DNA of 64,000 nucleotides from the human T2T-CHM13v2.0 reference genome, Homo sapiens, in assembly GCF_009914755.1 (NCBI RefSeq), contig NC_060948.1, one strand, 5' to 3'. Numbering within the stretch: the stretch's first letter is position 1; the number at the start of each line of letters is the position of its first letter. The notes beneath the pieces were generated by a model. That model ran no database searches. It was given only the letters and a program-made list of their open reading frames with translations, and was not told the DNA's origin. Of this stretch, positions 56,701-64,000 are shown one piece after another. A program made the translations under genes and the position numbers.

Positions 56701-57332
56701 TGAATGGAATCAAATCAATGGAATATAATCAAATGGAATGGAAAGGAATTGAATGGAGTAGATTGAATTGGATGGGATTGGAATGAAATGTACTGGAAAG
56801 GACTCGAATTTCATGAAACGGAATGGAATGAATTAGAACGGAATGGACTCGAATGGAATGGAATGTCATGGAATGGCATCAAATGGAATGGAATCGAATG
56901 CGATGGAATGCTATGGAATGGAATGGAATGCATTGGAATGGAATGTCCTCTAATGGAATGTATTCGAGTGGAATGGAATCGAATATAATGGAGTCTAATG
57001 AAATGGAATTGAAAGGAATGGGACCGAATACAATGGAATATACTGGAATGTAATGTAATGAACTCGAATGTAATTGACTGGAATGGAATGTACATGAATG
57101 GAATGTAATCGAATGGAAAGCAATCCAATGGAATAGAATCTAATGCAATAAAATCGACTCAAATAGAGTAGAATGTAATGGAATGGAGTGCAGTGCAATG
57201 GAATGGAATGGAATGGAATGCAATGGAATGGAATGGAATGGAATGGGATGGAATGGTATGGAATGGATAGTAATGGACTGGAGTGAAATGGACTGGAAAA
57301 GAATGGACTCAAATTGAAAGGGCTCGAAAGGA
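53799..57332 (+). repeat. DYZ1 unit 16, subtype D with C-like 5' indel (3534 bp)
   Basis: 20-bp duplication at 54891-54930; 15-bp deletion near 54600 and TAAACGGAAATGAATCAAATAG (~54521) shared with C units. Confidence 0.85.
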
Positions 57333-60300
57333 ATGGAGTCAAATGGAATGGTCTGGAATGGAATGAACACGAATGTAATGCAATCCAATAGAATGGAATC
57401 GAATGGCATGGAATATAAAGAAATGGAATCGAAGAGAATGGAAACAAATGGAATGGAATTGAATGGAATGGAATTGAATGGAATGGGAACGAATGGAGTG
57501 AAATTGTATGCAGTAGAAGAGAATAGAATGGAATGCAAGCGAAAGGAAAGGAATGGATTGGAATGGAATGGAATTCATTGGAATGGAAGGGAATGTAGTG
57601 TAATGGACAGGCCTGGAATAAAGTGGAATGCTACGGTCTCGAATGGAATAAAAATGTATGGAACGGAATGCAATGAAACGGAATCGAATGTCATAGAATG
57701 TAATGGAATGCAAAAAAATGGACTCCAAAATCATTGACTGGAAAGGCTGGGTGTCGAAAGGAATTGACTCCAATGGAATGGAATCGAATGGAATGGAAGT
57801 GAATAGAATCGAACTAAATCGAATGGAATGGAATTGATAGGAACGGAATGGAAAGGAATGCAATGATTTGGCATGGAATGGAATCGAATGGCATCGAATG
57901 GAATGGAATGGAATGCAATGGAATGGAATGTATTAGAATGTAATGAACTTTAATGGAATGTACTCGAATGGATTCGACTGGAATGGAATGTTCTCGAAGT
58001 GAATGGACTCCAATGGAATGGATTCGAAAGGAATGGAATCTAATGGAATGGAATTAAATGGAAATGAATCAAATTGAATAGAACGGAATTGAATTGAATG
58101 GAATCGAATGCAATGGAATCTAATGAAACGGAAAGGAAAGGAATGGAATGGATTGGAATGGAATGGGCTGGAATGGAATGGAATCGAAACGAATGGAATG
58201 GAATCGAACTGAAGAGACTGGAATGGAATGCACTGGAATGGAAGGGAATGTAATGGAAGGTTCTCGAAAAAAATGGAATCGAAAGGAAAGGAACTGAATG
58301 GAACGGAATAGAGTCGAATGGAATTCAATGGAATGGAATGGACTAGAGTGAAATGGAATCGAACCACAAGGAATGGACAGGAATAGAATGGTCTCGAATT
58401 GAATGGAATCGTATGGAATGGCATCACACGGAATGGAATGGACAGCCACGGAATGGAATGGACACCCACGGAATGGAATGCACTCGAATGCAATGGAGTC
58501 GACACTAATGGACTGGAATAGAATCGACTCGACTGGTACGGACTCCAATGGAATGGAATCGAATGGAAGGGAATCGAACGGAATGGACTCGAAGGGAAAA
58601 GGCTGCAATGGAAAGGTCTCCAATGGAATGGAAATTAATGGAATGGAATGGAATCGAATGAAATGGAGTCAAAAGGAATGGAATCGAATGGCAAGAAATC
58701 GAATGTAATGGAATCGCAAGGAATTGATGTGAACGGAACGGAATGGAATGGAATCCAAAGGAATGGAATAGAATGGAATGGAATCGAATGGAAAGGACTC
58801 GAATGGAAATCACTCGAATAGAATGCAATTTAATAAAATAGGATCAAATGTAATGGAATGGAATGGAAAGGAATCGAAACGAAAGGAATGGAGACAGATG
58901 GAATGGAATGGAACAGAGAGCAATGGTATAGAATGGAATGGAATCATCTGGAATGGAAGTGAATGGAATGGAATAATATGAAACGGAATGGAATTTAATG
59001 GAATGGAATGCCCTTGTATTAAATGGACTGGAATGGAATGGACTCGAACAGAGTGGAATGGAAAGTGTTGAAATAGAATGGAATGGACTCGTTTGGAATG
59101 GTCTAGTATGCAATGCAATCGACTGGCAGGGAATCAAAAGGAATGTAATCGAATGGATTGGACTGGAATGCAATGGACTCGAATAGATTGGAAACGGAAA
59201 GCAAAGGAATGGAATGGAATAGTATGGAATGGAATGGAAAGGAATGGAGAGGAATAGACTAGAGTGGAATGGAATGGACTCGAAAGCAATGGACTGGAAT
59301 GGAACTTTCTTGAATGGACTGGAATCAAACGGAATGGAATGCAATGCAATCAAATGGCATGGAATAAAATAGAATGAAAGAGAATCAAATGGAATTGAAT
59401 CGAATGGAATCGAATGGATTGGAAAGGAATAGAATGGAATGGAATGGAATTGACTCAAATGGAATGGACTAGAATGGAATGGATTCGAATGGAAGGCAAA
59501 GGAATGGAATCTATTGGAATGGACTGTAATGGAATGGAATGGAAAGGATTGGAATGGACTCGAATGGAATGGACTGCAATAGAAAGGATTCGAATGGAAT
59601 GAAAATGAATTGAATGGAATAGAACAGAATGGAATCAAATCGAATGAAATGGAATGGAATAGAAAGGAATGGAATGAAATGGAATGGAAAGGATTCGAAT
59701 GGAATGCAATCGAATGGAATGCAATCAAATGGAATGGAATCGAACGGAATGGAATAAAATGGAAGAAAACTGGCAAGAAATGGAGTCGAAATGAATGGAG
59801 TGTTATGGAACCGACTCAAAAGGAATTGAATGTAATAGAATGGAGTGGAGTGGACTCGAATATAATGGACTGGAATGGAATGAAATCACATGGAATGGGA
59901 ACGAATGGAATGGAATGGAAAGGAATGGAATCGAATGGAAAGGAATCGAATGGAAGGGAATGAAATTGAATCAACAGGAATGGAAGGGAGTAGAATAGAC
60001 GGTAATGGAATGGACTCGAATAGAATGGACACGAATGCTCAAATTGAATGGACTCGAATGGAATGGAAACGAAAGGAATGTCATCGAATGGAATTGAATC
60101 GATTGGAATGAAATCACATAGAATGGAGTGGAATCAAATGGAATTGAATCGAAAGGAAAGGAAGCGAATGGACTGAAATGAAATGGAATGGAATTGAATG
60201 GAAATTAATGCAATGGAATAGAATGGAACGAAATTTCACGGAATGGAATCAAACTGAATGGAATCAAATCAATGGAATATAATAAAATGGAATGGAAAGG

Positions 60301-60891
60301 AATTGAATGGAGTAGATTGGATTGGATGGGATTGGAATGAAATGTACTGGAAAGGACTCGAATTTCATGAAACGGAATGGAATGAATTAGAACGGAATGG
60401 ACTCGAATGGAATGGAATGTCATGGAATGGCATCAAATGGAATGGAATCGAATGCGATGGAATGCTATGGAATGGAATGGAATGCATTGGAATGGAATGT
60501 CCTCTAATGGAATGTATTCGAGTGGAATGGAATCGAATATAATGGAGTCTAATGAAAGGGAATTGAAAGGAATGGGACCGAATACAATGGAATATACTGG
60601 AATGTAATGTAATGAACTCGAATGTAATTGACTGGAATGGAATGTACATGAATGGAATGTAATCGAATGGAAAGCAATCCAATGGAATAGAATCTAATGC
60701 AATAAAATCGACTCAAATAGAGTAGAATGTAATGGAATGGAGTGCAGTGCAATGGAATGGAATGGAATGGAATGCAATGGAATGGAATGGAATGGAATGG
60801 AATGGGATGGAATGGTATGGAATGGATAGTAATGGACTGGAGTGAAATGGACTGGAAAAGAATGGACTCAAATTGAAAGGGCTCGAAAGGA
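57333..60891 (+). repeat. DYZ1 unit 17, subtype D (3559 bp)
   Basis: 20-bp duplication at 58440-58479; extra pentamer near 58991 (GAATTTAATG). Confidence 0.85.
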
Positions 60892-63800
60892 ATGGAGTCA
60901 AATGGAATGGTCTGGAATGGAATGAACACGAATGTAATGCAATCCAATAGAATGGAATCGAATGGCATGGAATATAAAGAAATGGAATCGAAGAGAATGG
61001 AAACAAATGGAATGGAATTGAATGGAATGGAATTGAATGGAATGGGAACGAATGGAGTGAAATTTTATGCAGTAGAAGAGAATAGAATGGAATGCAAGCG
61101 AAAGGAAAGGAATGGATTGGAATGGAAAGGAATTCATTGGAATGGAAGGGAATGTAGTGTAATGGACAGGCCTGGAATAAAGTGGAATGCTACGGTCTCG
61201 AATGGAATAAAAATGTATGGAATGGAATGCAATGAAACGGAATCGAATGTCATAGAATGTAATGGAATGCAAAAAAATGGACTCCAAAATCATTGACTGG
61301 AAAGGCTGGGTGTCGAAAGGAATTGACTCCAATGGAATGGAATCGAATGGAATGGAAGTGAATAGAATCGAACTAAATCGAATGGAATGGAATTGATAGG
61401 AACGGAATGGAAAGGAATGCAATGATTTGGCATGGAATGGAATCGAATGGCATCGAATGGAATGGAATGGAATGCAATGGAATGGAATGTATTAGAATGT
61501 AATGAACTTTAATGGAATGTACTCGAATGGATTCGACTGGAATGGAATGTTCTCGAAGTGAATGGACTCCAATGGAATGGATTCGAAAGGAATGGAATCT
61601 AATGGAATGGAATTAAATGGAAATGAATCAAATTGAATAGAACGGAATTGAATTGAATGGAATCGAATGCAATGGAATCTAATGAAACGGAAAGGAAAGG
61701 AATGGAATGGATTGGAATGCAATGGGCTGGAATGGAATGGAATCGAAACGAATGGAATGGAATCGAACTGAAGAGACTGGAATGGAATGCACTGGAATGG
61801 AAGGGAATGTAATGGAAGGTTCTCGAAAAAAATGGAATCGAAAGGAATGGAATTGAATGGAACGGAATAGAGTCGAATGGAATTCAATGGAATGGAATGG
61901 ACTAGAGTGAAATGGAATCGAACCACAAGGAATGGACAGGAATAGAATGGTCTCGAATTGAATGGAATCGTATGGAATGGCATCAAACGGAATGGAATGG
62001 ACAGCCACGGAATGGAATGCACTCGAATGCAATGGAGTCGACACTAATGGACTGGAATAGAATGGACTCGACTGGTACGGACTCCAATGGAATGGAATCG
62101 AATGGAAGGGAATCGAACGGAATGGACTCGAAGGGAAAAGACTGCAATGGAAAGGTCTCGAATGGAATGGAAATTAATGGAATGGAATGGAATCGAATGA
62201 AATGGAGTCAAAAGGAATGGAATCGAATGGCAAGAAATTGAATGTAATGGAATCGCAAGGAATTGATGTGAACGGAACGGAATGGAATGGAATCGAAAGG
62301 GATGGAATGGAATCGAATGGAAAGGACTCGAATGGAAATCACTCGAATAGAATGCAATTTAATAAAATAGGATCAAATGTAATGGAATGGAATGGAAAGG
62401 AATCGAAACGAAAGGAATGGAGACAGATGGAATGGAATGGAACAGAGAGCAATGGTATAGAATGGAATGGAATCATCTGGAATGGAATTGAATGGAATGG
62501 AATAAGATGAAATGGAATGGAATGGAATGGAATGCCCTTGAATTAAATGGACTGGAATGGAATGGACTCGAACAGAGTGGAATGGAATGTGTTGAAATAG
62601 AATGGAATGGACTCCTTTGGAATGGTCTAGTATGCAATGCAATCGACTGGCAGAGAATCAAGAGGAATGTAATCGAATGGAAAGGACTGGAATGCAATGG
62701 AATCGAATAGATTGGAAACGGAAAGCAAAGGAATGGAATGGAATAGTATGGAATGGAATGGAAAGGAATGGAGTGGAATAGACTAGAGTGGAATGGAATG
62801 GACTCGAAAGCAATGGACTGGAATGGAACTTTCTTGAATGGACTGGAATCAAACGGAATGGAATGCAATGCAATCAAATGGCATGGAATAAAATAGAATG
62901 AAAGAGAATCAAACGGAATTGAATCGAATGGAATCGAATGGATTGGAAAGGAATAGAATGGAATGGAATGGAATTGACTCAAATGGAATGGACTAGAATG
63001 GAATGGATTCGAATGGAAGGCAAAGGAATGGAATCTATTGGAATGGACTGTAATGGAATGGAATGTAAGGGATTGGAATGGACTCAAATGGAATGGACTG
63101 CAATAGAAAGGATTCGAATGGAATGAAAAAGAATTGAATGGAATAAAACAGAATGGAATCAAATCGAATGAAATGGAATGGAATAGAAAGGAATGGAAAG
63201 GATTCGAATGGAATGCAATCGAATGGAATGCAATCGAATGGAATGGAATCGAACGGAATGGAATAAAATGGAAGAAAACTGGCAAGAAATGGAATCGAAA
63301 TGAATGGAGTGTTATGGAACGGACTCAAAAGGAATTGAATGTAATAGAATGGAGTGGAGTGGACTCGAATATAATGGACTGGAATGGAATGAAATCACAT
63401 GGAATGGGAACGAATGGAATGGAATGGAAAGGAATGGAATCGAATGGAAAGGAATCGAATGGAAGGGAATGAAATTGAATCAACAGGAATGGAAGGGAGT
63501 AGAATAGACGGTAATGGAATGGACTCGAATAGAATGGACACGAATGCTCAAATTGAATGGACTCGAATGGAATGGAAACGAAAGGAATGTCATCGAATGG
63601 AATTGAATCGATTGGAATGAAATCACATAGAATGGAGTGGAATCAAATGGAATTGAATCGAAAGGAAAGGAAGCGAATGGACTGAAATGAAATGGAATGG
63701 AATTGAATGGAAATTAATGCAATGGAATAGAATGGAACGAAATTTCACGGAATGGAATCAAACTGAATGGAATCAAATCAATGGAATATAATCAAATGGA

Positions 63801-64000
63801 ATGGAAAGGAATTGAATGGAGTAGATTGGATTGGATGGGATTGGAATGAAATGCACTGGAAAGGACTCGAATTTCATGAAACGGAATGGAATGAATTGGA
63901 ACGGAATGGACTCGAATGGAATGGAATGTCACGGAATGGCATCAAATGGAATGGCATCAAATGGAATGGAATAGAATGCAATGGAATGCTATGGAATGGA
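60892..64000 (+). repeat. DYZ1 unit 18 (partial), divergent subtype E
   Basis: No 20-bp duplication at ~62001; private 10-bp deletion near 62295 and 15-bp deletion near 63190; cluster of private substitutions at 62500-62705. Confidence 0.8.

Larger units (their letters stand above)
1..64000 (+). repeat. DYZ1: Human Satellite III (HSat3) array, DYZ1 family (Yq12 heterochromatin): degenerate (GGAAT)n pentamers in ~3.5 kb tandem units
   Basis: Continuous GGAAT/CGAAT/GGACT pentamers across the window. The landmark ATGGAGTCAAATGGAATGGTCT recurs at 967, 4504, 8018, 11532, 15046, 18584, 22098, 25612, 29149, 32663, 36177, 39691, 43228, 46742, 50255, 53799, 57333, 60892 (spacing 3513-3559 bp). One AGGCCT per unit (1243, 4780, 8294 ...). 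Unit size agrees with the known ~3.5 kb DYZ1 HaeIII/EcoRI repeat. Confidence 0.96.

Noticed and set aside
460-63620. Several hundred ORFs of 60-310 aa (MEWNG... on +, FHSIP... on -)
   Set aside because: These are translations of (GGAAT)n and (ATTCC)n, which contain no stop codon. They recur every 3.5 kb, are frameshifted between units and show no recognisable domain.
1-64000. CRISPR-like repeat-spacer array or phase-variation locus
   Set aside because: There are no unique spacers between constant repeats and no cas or other genes; the apparent spacers are degenerate pentamers repeated in every unit.
1-64000. HSat2, or HSat3 from chr9 or the acrocentrics
   Set aside because: The HSat2 CATTCGATTC/ATGATG-type 26-bp pattern is not the dominant motif. 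The 3.5 kb period and DYZ1 landmark sequences favour Yq12. A database search was not possible, so this rests on recalled sequence.
1-64000. Inversion, Alu/L1 insertion or DYZ2 block
   Set aside because: The strand stays GGAAT-oriented throughout and I saw no non-pentamer stretch longer than about 25 bp.

Overview
The whole 64 kb window is human Satellite III (HSat3). It is a degenerate (GGAAT)n pentamer array on the + strand, organised as about 18 head-to-tail copies of a 3.51-3.56 kb unit. The unit matches DYZ1, the Y-specific repeat of Yq12 heterochromatin: the length fits, there is one conserved StuI/HaeIII AGGCCT per unit, and the classic DYZ1 sexing-primer sites (recalled from memory) are present. 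I see no gene, RNA gene, transposon or CRISPR array, and all listed ORFs are translation artefacts of the pentamer. I found no new protein-coding system. The structure of interest lies inside the satellite. (1) Units fall into diagnosable subtypes ordered (C)-A-B-B-C-A-B-C-A-B-B-C-A-B-C*, giving 14,079, 10,566 and 24,645 bp higher-order periods. (2) At about 47.9 kb the array switches to a different domain with about 7.08 kb dimeric periodicity. (3) One unit carries an apparent ~0.5 kb conversion tract. (4) Each unit carries up to three perfect in-register heat-shock elements (nGAAnnTTCnnGAAn), one of which is broken only in subtype B. Unit boundaries are anchored arbitrarily at the recurring ATGGAGTCAAATGGAATGGTCT landmark. 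All counts were made by eye.
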